A DNA stretch of 64,000 bases, taken from assembly GCF_031769215.1 (NCBI RefSeq), contig NW_026782003.1, positions 1,178,001-1,242,000 on the forward strand, read 5' to 3'. Position numbers and translations under genes: made by a program. The DNA comes from Ylistrum balloti (taxonomy: Eukaryota). The first letter of the stretch is position 1, and the number at the start of each line of letters is the position of its first letter. The notes below the pieces were generated by a model, which was not told the origin of the DNA, ran no database searches, and saw only the letters and a program-made list of their open reading frames with translations. This document shows positions 51,001-62,872 of the stretch, piece after piece.

Positions 51001-54000
51001 ATGTTATATTACCCACCCTTGCCCTGTGTGATATTACTCATCTTTGCCCTGTGTGATATTACTCATCCTTGCCCTGTGTTATATAACCCACCCTTGCCTG
51101 TGTGATATTACTCATCTTTGACCATGTTATATAACCCACCCTTGCCTGTGTTATATTACTCATCCTTGCCCTGTGTTATATTACCCACCCTTGCCTGTGT
51201 GATATTACTCATCTTTGCCCTGTGTTATATTACCCACCCTTGCCTGCATTATATTACCCATTTTTGTCCATGTTATATTACCCACCCTTGCCCATGTTAT
51301 ATTACCCACCCTTGTCCTGTGTTATATTACTCACCCTTGTCCTGTGTTATATTACCCACCCTTGTCCTGTGTTATATTACTCACCCTTGTCCTGTGTTAT
51401 ATTACCCACCCTTGTCCTGTGTTATATTACTCATCTTTGCCCATCTTATATTACCCACCCTTGCCCTGTGTTATATTACCCACCCTTGTCCAGTGTTATA
51501 TTACTCATCTTTGCCCATCTTATATTACCCACCCTTGCCCTGTGTTATATAACCCACCCTTGTCCTGTGTTATATTACTCACCCTTGTCCTGTGTTATGT
51601 TACTCATCTATGCCCATGTCATATTACCCACCCTTGCCTGGTGTTATATTACTCATCTTTGTCCTGTGTTATATTACTCATCTTTGCCTATCTTATATTA
51701 CCCACCCTTGTTATATTACCCACCCTTGTTATATTACCCACCCTTGCCTGCGTAATAATAACCATCTTTGCCCATGTTATATTACCCACCCTTGCCTGCG
51801 TTATAATAACCATCTTTGCCCATGTTATATTACCCGCCCTTGCCTGCATTATAATAACCATCTTTGCCCATGTTATATTACCCACCCTTGCCTGCATTAT
51901 AATACCGATCTTTGCCCATGTTATATTACCCACCCTTGCCTGCATTATATTACCCATTTTTGTCCATGTTATATTACCCACCCTTGCCCATGTTATATTA
52001 CCCGCCCTTGTCCATGTTATATTACCCACCCTTGCCTGCATTACAATACCCACCCTTGTCCCATTTTATATTACCTGTTGTTGTGGTAGTGCTCCCATCA
52101 CAACCTCCAAATTTATCTGACCAAACTGTACAGATACATAAGTACTGTTTGCCGTTGCTCCAGCTGTAACATAACAGTGTCCTTAATACAATGTCAAAAA
52201 TATTGAAAAGTTATGATGTAAAAACTGCAAAATCTGGACCAAAAAGTCACAGACAAAAACAAGACAGAGAGGCAGATAGTCATAAACACTCAGACTTCTG
52301 TATAGCTGAAATAAACCTACAATCTTATTACCAAATTGCAGGACACTTTACATACTAGTGAGCATGTGCTTTACTGGCTGGTGACCTATTCTGGCCAAGA
52401 AGGTGACAGAAATGTACCAATTGGTACATAAATAACAAACATTCTATTTACACAATAGCAATTTAACATCTCATCAACATACAAGTTAATGTACATGAAG
52501 AAATTTCATTTTAACATAAATTTAGAAATTTGATAATACAAGCATTATACAATAACTGGGTGCTTATCAATATATACAACAGTATTCATATAATGTTCTA
52601 ATCATACCTATATGATTTCATGGAAACTATTTTTTTTCACAGACATTACAACATCTCTAGGTTTTATATACCTGTATTGCCTGATCCAGAAGACCGGTGT
52701 CTTGAAGATTGTGACCCAGGCCTGAACTGTCGGATTTCGTTTTGAAACACCTTGATACAAACAATAAGTAATATTGACAGCTCATCACTTTTAATGAGTT
52801 ATTTTCATCTATGAACTCAAACTCTTTCAAACTCAAATTCTTTCATTCATAGTTTAAAGTAAATGTGATTTTGTCTGTCTCACTAATGTTGTGTTTAAAC
52901 CTCAAACTTAAGTCTAAATTACTATAGCTTCTAGCTTCATAGCTTTTTTTTATTTACAGTCCTCATTATATTTTGTAATACAAATCCTGTAATATCTAAA
53001 TCATGCAAATGAGATATTCTAAATATGGCCTGATAAAAAAATCTTCATAGGAAAAAATAACTTAATTTTCATCTATGATATCACTCATGTTTCTATTTCA
53101 ATAGCTGTGAAATGAAGTAACTGATGCTGTTTTTCTGTCTCACTTTTTTTGATGGTTGGATAAAATAACAAAGATCTATTTTACTTTCATAATTCCCATT
53201 AAAATTACAATCTTCTGGGTTTTGTACTTCTGGTAAAGCCGCACAATTTTTAAACAATGAAAATATCATTTACAGTAATTAGTTTAAAAAGAAAATTTGA
53301 CATGTATTTTTCTACCATATTTCACTGCAAATAAGCCCTCTCCCTGAGTGGAAAAATATTTACTAACAGTCGGGAGGGGGCACACTTGTGAGCATCCCCA
53401 CCTCCTTGTACGCTAGTGTCCACCATCTTGGATAATTGCTGTACCATAATTTAACAATGGATACCTTCTATTACTGATAATTTTTACATTCAAGTAATCA
53501 ATATCACTATCAAAATTACAATAATGCTGACAATGTTATGAAAATAGAAATAATGTGCAAGTTTAATTATGATCAAACTCACCTGGTATGTTTCAGTGTC
53601 ATATACGGCAAACGTGACTGTCTCTATAGATGAAGAGCTATGAGCTCGTGAGAATGCTTCTAGAGCATCAAAGCCTGTCTTGATGACTTTATCATAAGGA
53701 TACCTCAAATATCCTGTCCCTAGACTGGGAAACACAATGCTTTTCACCTTGAAATTGTCTGCCAGCAACAAGCAGTTTGTAATGACCTTGTACAAACCCT
53801 ACAATGATCAAAATGCATTTATATGTAATAGTCAGTTTACACACATTATAAAACTGTATGTAGTAAGACAGGCTCTCTTTTGCAGAAACAAGTTAAAATA
53901 AAGCAACATGTCACACCATAGAATGTAAAAGAAAGGATACTAACATGATCTAAACTATTAGTGAAACACAATATGTAGACATATATCTCATCAAAATATT

Positions 54001-57000
54001 TAACACTACGGTAAAAGAATAACTGTTCGTGCATAATTGGAAGTGATGACAAATTGCTGTGTTTATTTCAACTTTTCTAAATATTCTTTGTAATGCAAGA
54101 GCAGAATGATAAAGCCTGTTAACACAATTATTATTACTATGACATTCTTAATGACCCGTCAACACATAAAAAGGTCATTAGGGCCATCAACATGTAAAAC
54201 ATACAGTGGTCCTGTTAGTAGAAGTTTACAAAATGATAATTAAAGTGTATACTACAAGACTATAAACTAACACTAATATACATGAATCATGATGGTGAAT
54301 GTTGAATACTATCAATTATACAGAATTACAAGCCTCATTGAATACTGGTCAACTTTTAGCATTAAGGTCCAATATTACTCACTATATCAAGCATTTAAAT
54401 AATATATGGACATGTATGTAATACATGAAATCTAATATTGATGAATTTTCTTTCAATAATTCAATATTTAAGCCTATGACATCTATTTTGTAGACAGACC
54501 CCTATTTTCTTACCCTTGTGTCATTATTCCACTTAGTCAGGTACACATGGTAGATTTTTCGACACCTCAAATTGCCTGGGACAGAAACTGCCACATCCCC
54601 TTCATTTATATTTTGGCTGTAATTATTATTCAAATCATTTTGTACATCTGGGCCTGCAGTTTGAGCGAGGGCCATCGCACCACGACCTTTGGTGAGGTCA
54701 AGGTCTGCTGAAGCACAGTTGACAATGACATCTGCCTGTGAAGTTAGAGTAAGTTCAAGTTGTTCAATTACAACTGCTCTCCTGGGTCACTGAATAATAT
54801 CATTTCAATGCTCTATACAAGCTGCTGTACTAGCAAAACTATATCACATGAAGCTTCTGTTTCATCAAAAATATTCATACATGATAGAATGAACAATCAT
54901 CTCTATTTTTTTGTACCTGAAAAGAACTTGCCTTTTCTATAGCTATAACTTTCCCCAAGACAAGAAATGACTTCAGGTAAACTGCTTTACCTTGTTGTAT
55001 ACAATCAGTGAAAATTAGTTTATCATTATGATTAACAATCACATGTATATAGATAATTGTACTCTCAGTAGGCAATTCTAGATGTCTTAATTCTGTATAA
55101 GATTTGTCTAATGATGTTTTGATGAAAAGCTTTCATGTTATTTTTAAAGTCAATTAACTGAAAAAAAGTCAAAATTAATCTTCTGTCAAGTACATAGGAA
55201 TTCTTGGCTCTGAAAGGATAGTATGTTTGTTTGTTTATTTTGGTTTTAACATGAGACGCAATCAAGTGCAAGCATACTATCTCCGTTCTGAAATATTTTG
55301 ATTCTAAAACAGAAGTGTTGTAATTATCGCAATATCAATAAAAATTTAACAAAAACTAAAACCAGCAGTGCATGATTTTGTTTGAAACGGTCCCTCACAT
55401 TATCTTAGCCAATCAAAACACTCCTTTCAACTACTGATGTCATAGGAAGAAGCTCCACTCACTTTCCTGGTAAGTTGTCAATAGATTGGGGTCAAGATAT
55501 AGGTTGAGGTATTTGGAAAAAAAATTCAAAATGTTTCTCTCCATAGATTATTAGTGTACCAGTAAATTGTTATTTAAAAGTAGATAAATAAAACAACTTG
55601 AAGTGTGGAGAGGCATTGACATGACATTATGACAGAACATTCATCTAAAATTGTTAGAGCATTTTTGTCAAATGAAAATGGATTTAATGTATTAATTTGT
55701 ATATCAATATTCAGTAAAGGTTGAAGACAATACCAAGTAACATGATTTTATTCAGTTGTTATATTAAGTTAATCCCTGGATTGAGAATATCACCTACTTC
55801 ACAATTACAGTGTATTGACAATCACTGACTGTTGCCTAATTTCCACAATTATTGACAATCACTGACTGTGGCCTAATTTCCACAATTATTGACAATCACT
55901 GACTGTGGCCTAATTTCCACAATTATTGACAATCACTGACTGTGGCCTAATTTCCACAATTATTGACAATCACTGACTGTGGCCTAATTTCCACAATTAT
56001 TGACAATCACTGACTGTTGCCTAATTTCCACAATTATTGACAATCACTGACTGTGGCCTAATTTCCACAATTATTGACAATCACTGCCTGTGGCCTAATT
56101 TCCACAATTATTGACAATCACTGACTGTGGCCTAATTTCCACAATTATTGACAATCACTGACTGTGGCCTAATTTCCACAATTATTGACAATCACTGACT
56201 GTGGCCTAATTTCCACAATTATTGACAATCACTGACTGTGGCCTAATTTCCACAATTATTGACAATCACTGACTGTGGCCTAATTTCCACAATTATTGAC
56301 AATCACTGACTGTGGCCTAATTTCCACAATTATTGACAATCACTGACTGTGGCCTAATTTCCACAATTATTGACAATCACTGACTGTGGCCTAATTTCCA
56401 CAATTATTGACAATCACTGACTGTGGCCTAATTTCCACAATTATTGACAATCACTGACTGTGGCCTAATTTCCACAATTATTGACAATCACTGACTGTGG
56501 CCTAATTTCCACAATTATTGACAATCACTGACTGTGGCCTAATTTCCACAATTATTGACAATCACTGACTGTGGCCTAATTTCCACAATTATTGACAATC
56601 ACTGACTGTGGCCTAATTTCCACAATTATTGACAATCACTGACTGTGGCCTAATTTCCACAATTATTGACAATCACTGACTGTGGCCTAATTTCCACAAT
56701 TATTGACAATCACTGACTGTGGCCTAATTTCCACAATTATTGACAATCACTGACTGTGGCCTAATTTCCACAATTATTGACAATCACTGACTGTGGCCTA
56801 ATTTCCACAATTATTGACAATCACTGACTGTGGCCTAATTTCCACAATTATTGACAATCACTGACTGTGGCCTAATTTCCACAATTATTGACAATCACTG
56901 ACTGTGGCCTAATTTCCACAATTATTGACAATCACTGACTGTGGCCTAATTTCCACAATTATTGACAATCACTGACTGTGGCCTAATTTCCACAATTATT

Positions 57001-60000
57001 GACAATCACTGACTGTGGCCTAATTTCCACAATTATTGAATGAAATGGACTGATATTGACAACATTAAGGAATTTGGAAAACAATTTAAAATCCTTTTAC
57101 CTTCTGCTGAACAAAACTTTCATTAACGATGGTTACTTTAACATTGCCGATGGTCCTGAACCTTCTGCCAGAACCCGAGGCTGCTGTCATAGCTCTCTTC
57201 ACTCTCGTAGCTTGTGAAGCAGATGGCTCATCTGTAGGATTTCTAGCTGAATTAAAAGCTATCAGCCAAAAAAAACATACATTCATATAACACAAACCCA
57301 CATAAGATGGTAAACATGTGGTATTTATAGTAACGATAAAACCCTGGTATTTATAGAAATGATAAACAATTGATATCTATAGTAACGGTATACAACTGGT
57401 ATCTATAGTAACGGTAAACACCTGGTATCTATAGCAATGGTTTACACCTGGTATCTATAGCAATGGTAAACACCTGGTATCTATAGTAACGGTAAACATC
57501 TGGTATCTATAGTAACGGTAAACATCTGGTATCTAAAGTAATGGTAAACACCTGGTATCTATAGTAACAGTAAACATTTTGTATCTATAGTAATGGTAAA
57601 CACCTGGTATCTATAGTAATGGTAAACACCTGGTATCTATAGTAATGGTAAACACCTGGTATCTATAGTAACAGTAAACACCTGGTATCTAAAGTAACGG
57701 TAAACACCTGGTATCTATAGTAACGGTAAACACCTGGTATCTATAGTAACGGTAAACACCTGGTATCTATAGTAACGGTAAACACTTGGTATCTATAGTA
57801 ACAGTAAACACTTGGTATTTTTAGTAGAAATATAACAATAGGTTGACTTTTTGATGTATTGCGATAGTTTTGCTCTTGATGGCAATAGGTCAATAACATG
57901 TTTTCAAGTCGATGCTTATCGCAAGAGCTTACTCAATTATAAAATGTTTTATAACTAAACAAAAAAGCTACTTGAAAGCAAGATTTTTCATAGAGTTATA
58001 AATGGATTCAAGCATTCATTTTTTTTTTAAAGCATCTTTGGGACTTGGATAAGGGCTAGATACAAGAACGGCACAATCATCAACTTCGAATGGAAACAGA
58101 ATGTTAAGCACAGAATGTTAAGCACATTGATGAGAGTTTGTATCTTAAATACGTGTAATATCGTTATTGTTTCCAATGTGATCTAATTAAATCTACAACA
58201 TATGGTAGGGGAGATGGTGACTTCTTTTGACTTCAGGTCTATGTTTTAAACCCATCCTAGAAATTATCCATTTTGATAAACGACATGGCAGACAGTAGCA
58301 GCATTTTTGTTATGTGAAAATTAAGAACAACACTAATCAAATTATACACGTGGTGAGGAAATTACAGGTACCTGAATTTGGTAATTACCTATATGATCCT
58401 ATCTTTACTAGACCTATACTGTACTATATTATTCAACATGGCTCTCCCAACAATGTGTCAAACTTACTGTCAAAACAAAACAATAATATGATTGTTGAAT
58501 TGATTAAACACCTTTTAAAATATAAAACAAGTTTGAAATAATGAGGAATTCTACTAAATCTATTGTATAACTAAGACTTACATGAAAATAATAGTCTTGA
58601 GTCGAGCTGTGTATGAGTTTCGCGACGAATATCGCCGAATAGCATGTTTACGTATGAAATGATTATAACGTTTGCTGAATTAAGCATTCTGATACATTTA
58701 AATGGTTAGAGACCTCTGTTTATTTCTGGGTAAGATAACATATTTTAAAAGTAAAAACAAAAACTATCACTTTAGCATAGCAATAGTCACTTAACTATCA
58801 GAATAATATCACAACAGTAATTTCACTATTGCAATACTGTCGTGCAATACTTTTGGGAGAAGACTTATAAAGACTCTAGCCTGTCTAACCCTATTGATTG
58901 TTTATATCAATAAGATATCCTGAAATGAAATGAAATACTGTCGTGATACCTATTTCAGCCTCAATAGTCACCCCTACTTATACTACACCTAAACAATGGA
59001 AACATATATCCAGACGTTGGGTTTCTTTTTCATTGGACATCTTGCATCTGTTGGTTTTGAAATAAGCAAACTATAATTATACTTATCTTACAAACCTGGA
59101 AACCAAATACCAATATCATTACAGGGATGCCCTTTTTGTTGGGCTTTTTTTTGTGTTTTTGCTTTTGTTTTTGATGTAATCACAGTTAACCCCATCACTT
59201 ATCTGAGTACACCAGTTCAGTGATATGGTTAACTGTATTGATGAATCTAGTAGCTCTAACCCCCTACAAACATAAAGTGTATCTTGTTGTTTGATCTCCT
59301 GGACAATTAATGGAAGAATTTGTTATTTTTCAATACAAGAGGACAATACATCCATCTTTGATTTTTTTCTCAGTCTGGAGATCTGCAGAATCTGCCACTT
59401 TCACATGCTCAACACAAACCAAAACCAGAGTTTGATCCATGTAAAACATTTGGGATGTTAATGGTTTGTGAGAAAGTCCTAAGAGGTCCCAAATGACAGA
59501 ATAACATACTGCTGATGTTGCTTTATGAAGACTTGAAAAGAAAAAAATCAAAGGAAATATTAACAAATTTAATCACCAGCATGAGATGCTATTGAAAGTT
59601 TAAATAATGGATCTTAAAATAATACAGTTTACAGTTGAGAAAGCGGTTAATTCCAGACAGGCCAGAAATAGCAATATCCAAGTCTAAAACCATGACAACA
59701 CAGTACTCATAAGAAACTATTACCTCAGCAAAACTTCCATGTGCTATAATTAGTGTCTCAGTTAAATGAGCACAAAAACATTTACCTACATCTAAATCAA
59801 ACCAATAACTTACAGGCATGAATCGTATATATAGGGAGTACAGTGTATGTACTTTTACCGTGAGTAGGAACTTTTAAGTAATATATAAAAAAGGCAGTTG
59901 CAGATATCCCCTTTTTGATAAAAAATAGAAATACTGACCACTCACTAGTGATGTCCATCTGTAAATGTAGTGTACAATAACTATGTAAGAGTGATTGCAC

Positions 60001-60612
60001 ATTATTCTGTGGGAAAATACAATTGAACTCTTGATGATTGTCAATTCCGTTCTCTCTCATGCAGTTATATATCACATATTTAGATATGAAGATTCCTTCC
60101 CTTGTCATATTCAGATTTTCAGGGCTTTTTGGGACCAATAATGAACCCCATTTCCAATCAGAATTATTTCATATTCGAGCCAAATTCCCAAAATTTCTTA
60201 TTTATCAAATTTCTTCACAAAATGAGGAAACAATGCCTAATCATAAACTTATGTTTGTAACTGCCAGTATATACATAGGTCATTTTCGTGATGTGTTGGT
60301 CAGCTGGACTTTCCACTGGCTTTACACTAGCTTTACGCATGGTTTGTACTGTTTACATCACATATTTTGTACTAATGCAGTACAATTATATTTTCATCGT
60401 TCTTATGTTAAAACTGTATATATGCATTTATTTGACATCAAATATCAACTTACAGGTAAGACACATTTAATTTAATGATAATTTCCTTTAAGTATTCAGC
60501 AAAATATCTGAAGTAGGCTATTAACATTACGAAAGCCCTAATACCTAAGGTAGCATCAAACATCTGTATATATACCTGGTCATGTGTACTTACTTGAGTT
60601 AATACTTCCCAT
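45002..60612 (-). CDS. Macrodomain-containing poly(ADP-ribose) polymerase (PARP9/14/15-like; 2 macrodomains + catalytic domain), 11 coding exons, about 767 aa
   Basis: Exons 60594-60612, 57101-57246, 54514-54735, 53583-53798, 52672-52750, 52075-52163, 50683-50919, 50259-50489, 50036-50072, 47928-48683, 45002-45273, phase-consistent (2304 nt). Macro motifs ADVIVN/FPSLGTG and EVIVNSVPFDLDLSNG/FPTLGIG. PARP motifs FHGT, GQGVY, FREFVVF, YPEYLITY. The first coding exon is less certain than the rest; an alternative acceptor exists at 57258. Confidence 0.9.
47305..47866 (+). mobile_element. Non-autonomous HINE/Helentron-like element with about 3 internal subrepeats of about 150 bp
   Basis: Three ttgaccc(c)aaac...tacct(c/t)ataag...tgaagtttcaa units, a gacagacag microsatellite seed, and a 3-prime hairpin ccccgcc...ggcagggg at 47834-47857. 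Confidence 0.6.
48968..49935 (+). mobile_element. Non-autonomous HINE/pearl-like element with internal tandem subrepeats
   Basis: Start aaggggctcaacgggcctgtactgctcac; repeated tgtgacct...aaggtca...gggcttcatc...aacct units; gatggatgg seed; end atgagctaaaa. Confidence 0.6.
50995..52072. repeat. 25-bp minisatellite, about 43 degenerate units
   Basis: Unit tgtgttatattacccacccttgtcc; period 25 read at 51301/51326/51351. Confidence 0.96.
55815..57040. repeat. Near-perfect 37-bp minisatellite, about 33 copies
   Basis: Unit actgactgtggcctaatttccacaattattgacaatc, contiguous with no spacers. Confidence 0.98.
57335..57812. repeat. 26-bp minisatellite, about 18 copies
   Basis: Unit ggtaaacacctggtatctatagtaac; period 26 read at 57721/57747. 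Confidence 0.95.
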
Positions 60613-60799
60613 AGTTCATGGAGAAAGCAATGGTAATACTTTCAATTCTGAAATGATTAAACAAGGGAGCAAGTTTTTGTTAGTATGAAAGGTTGATGAA
60701 ATAAATAATCAAAACCGATTGATTGGTTAATCGACACAAAATCAATAGCTATGAAACAGCATTAATTGATAAACACTACTGATATCATATATATTATCA

Positions 60800-61850
60800 A
60801 ACAAGATCCCATGGGGCCTGTATCCCTTACCTGGTTTAGTTTGGTCCTAATTGTTTGTTCTAATCAGAAGGGGAAGGATTTTAGATATCTTATTTACTGA
60901 AGAAGACAGATTTTCCAGATATTCCTCTATCACAATTACTTGACTCCATCCATATGGCACCAAAGGGGTGTGATCCTTCATTTATACAAGGACTGAGTTC
61001 CCTTTACAAAAAAAATGTTTCAAATAAAATTTGGACAAAATCCCATCATTTTTGAAAAAGGGAAGACTTTGCACTATTTCCCTTACTGGGCCACATCCCT
61101 CCCAGCCCAGTGGGTTGATATCAACAATTGGTACAAAACTGACATCTTCAACTAAGAGTGCTTTGAGACCCTATTTGGATGGTGTCCTGTGATTGCAACA
61201 GAAGAATAAGGGTTTTAAAGAATTGGCACTATTTCCCCTATCAGACAACTCCTCTCCTGTGTAAAGGAGTCCAGACCCATGGTTTATACTAAATAAATTT
61301 CCCTATATCCAAGAACGCTTCAGACCAAATCTTGGCAAAATCCAACCATTCATACAGGAGGAGAAGGATCCATTACCTTATAGAAAGTGAATTCCATTCG
61401 TCCAAGAATGCTTTCCCTCTTGGGTCCCACCTCTCCCACTCCAAGAGCCCAAAACCACAGTATATACAAAACTGATTTCTGTTCACCCAAGGATACTTCT
61501 GACCAAACTAGGGCGAAATCCGGGCATTCCTACATAAGAAGAATGAATTTAAATAATTTGCTCTATTTCCCCATCGAACCCCACCCCTCCTGCCCAAATG
61601 AGCCAATAAACTAAGACCCATTATTTATACAAACTAATACCTTCACCTTAGGATTTTTCTGACCAAATATGTATAAAATCTAATAATTTCTATAGGAGAA
61701 GTAGGATTTTAAAGAATTTGCTTTATTTCCTCTATTGAGTCCCACCTCTCCCAATCTAGGGAGAAGAGACCAACCATTTAAAGAAAATTTGTTTCCCTTC
61801 ACCTAAGGATACTGCTGAAAATTTGTAAATAATGTCCTTGTTCTAAAAGG
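60800..61850 (+). mobile_element. Non-autonomous HINE/pearl-like element, degenerate
   Basis: Start aaacaagatcccatggggcctgtatcccttacctg; repeated atttgcactatttccc...caccta(a)ggat...gaccaaa units. Confidence 0.55.
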
Positions 61851-62639
61851 AAATTAATACACACACACACAAGTATTATGAAAAAAGGGAAGTTGATACA
61901 CACAATAGTATTATGCAAACAGGTAAAAGGAAGTTGATACACACACAAAAAAGGAAGTTAATATATATTGACCCATCATTCTGTCCTGAATCTCAAATTG
62001 TTGACTGTTAATCATACTTTGTTGGTGAGTTTATATTTTCAGCAATCGAAAATCTTACAATTTTTTCACACAATTACATTTACGTATCAGTATTTATTTA
62101 GAAAACTGATATCTGGATGTATTTTCGTTTAGTTTGAATATGAAACCAAACAGTATACGCCTCACAAGTTTAAAGAGCTTATTTAAGAAAAACTTCAATT
62201 GGGTATTGTTTTAATGAATATACTTGATTACCACAGGTACTTATATAAGGCTGTTGCGTGTTTTGTTATTTTTAAGTGCTATTGAAATTGAGTCCACAAG
62301 TACCTGTGCGAATCGCAAGTTTTGTTTTTTTGTTTCAAACATTTTGTTTGTACATAAAGATTTCAGTTTTGAGAAATATACTTCTAGCAAACAACTACAT
62401 ATATGACTGAAAAAAGTTGAGAAAATCCTAAATTATTGCTTTGTATTTTTCATATCATTTCACTTCAAACATAAATGTGACAGGCAATATACTTCTTGGT
62501 TAAATGACTCAGTCAGTTACTTTAGCGGAATATAAAATATGCACACGTTCATGACGGCTTCTTAGAACTTACCACATGTCTCGTTTAATTAATAATCATT
62601 TTAAGTTTACATTTCCATAGATTAATTAATAATGACATC

Positions 62640-62785
62640 AAATTAATTCTTCGTGGTGATAGATTCGTTTATCCAGTCGAGTAAAACGAAAGTGGAATTT
62701 CCGCCAACGTTCGGTTATTTCCGACGTTTTCCGGACCATCGTAACTCTTCGTGACTTTTCTACCGTCATATTCCGATCGAACAAC
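62640..62785. promoter_or_regulatory. CpG-rich bidirectional promoter with adjacent IRF-like and NF-kB-like sites
   Basis: AAAACGAAAGT at 62683-62693 is immediately followed by GGAATTTCC at 62694-62702. It lies between a minus-strand donor GTG|gtaagt at 62572 (probable PARP non-coding exon 1) and a plus-strand ATG at 62786. Confidence 0.55.
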
Positions 62786-62872
62786 ATGGCGGGCGATTTG
62801 AAAAGATTTGTTTTAGAAGAAAGGGAAAACATCCGACGTTATAATGCCAACATTGATGCCATCATAGAAAAG
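62786..62872 (+). CDS. First coding exon of an unidentified gene (partial)
   Basis: Kozak aacATGG; MAGDLKRFVLEERENIRRYNANIDAIIEK then AAG|gtaaat (phase 0), in a CpG-rich region. Downstream exons not resolved. Confidence 0.6.

Noticed and set aside
51118-52169. Several Cys/Tyr/Pro-rich ORFs
   Set aside because: Translations of the 25-bp minisatellite in a PARP intron.
55815-57040. CRISPR-like array (37-bp repeats)
   Set aside because: Units are contiguous with no unique spacers, there are no cas genes, and it lies in a eukaryotic intron.
59350-59531. Alternative upstream PARP coding exon (LHKATSAV...KIKDG)
   Set aside because: Phase-compatible, but the donor is weak and the peptide is unrecognisable. 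The 60594-60647 exon has stronger splice sites, a Kozak ATG and a meaningful motif. It cannot be excluded as a minor isoform.
62638-62832. Minus-strand 64-aa ORF across the promoter
   Set aside because: Antisense to the plus-strand first exon, with no splice link to the PARP frame.
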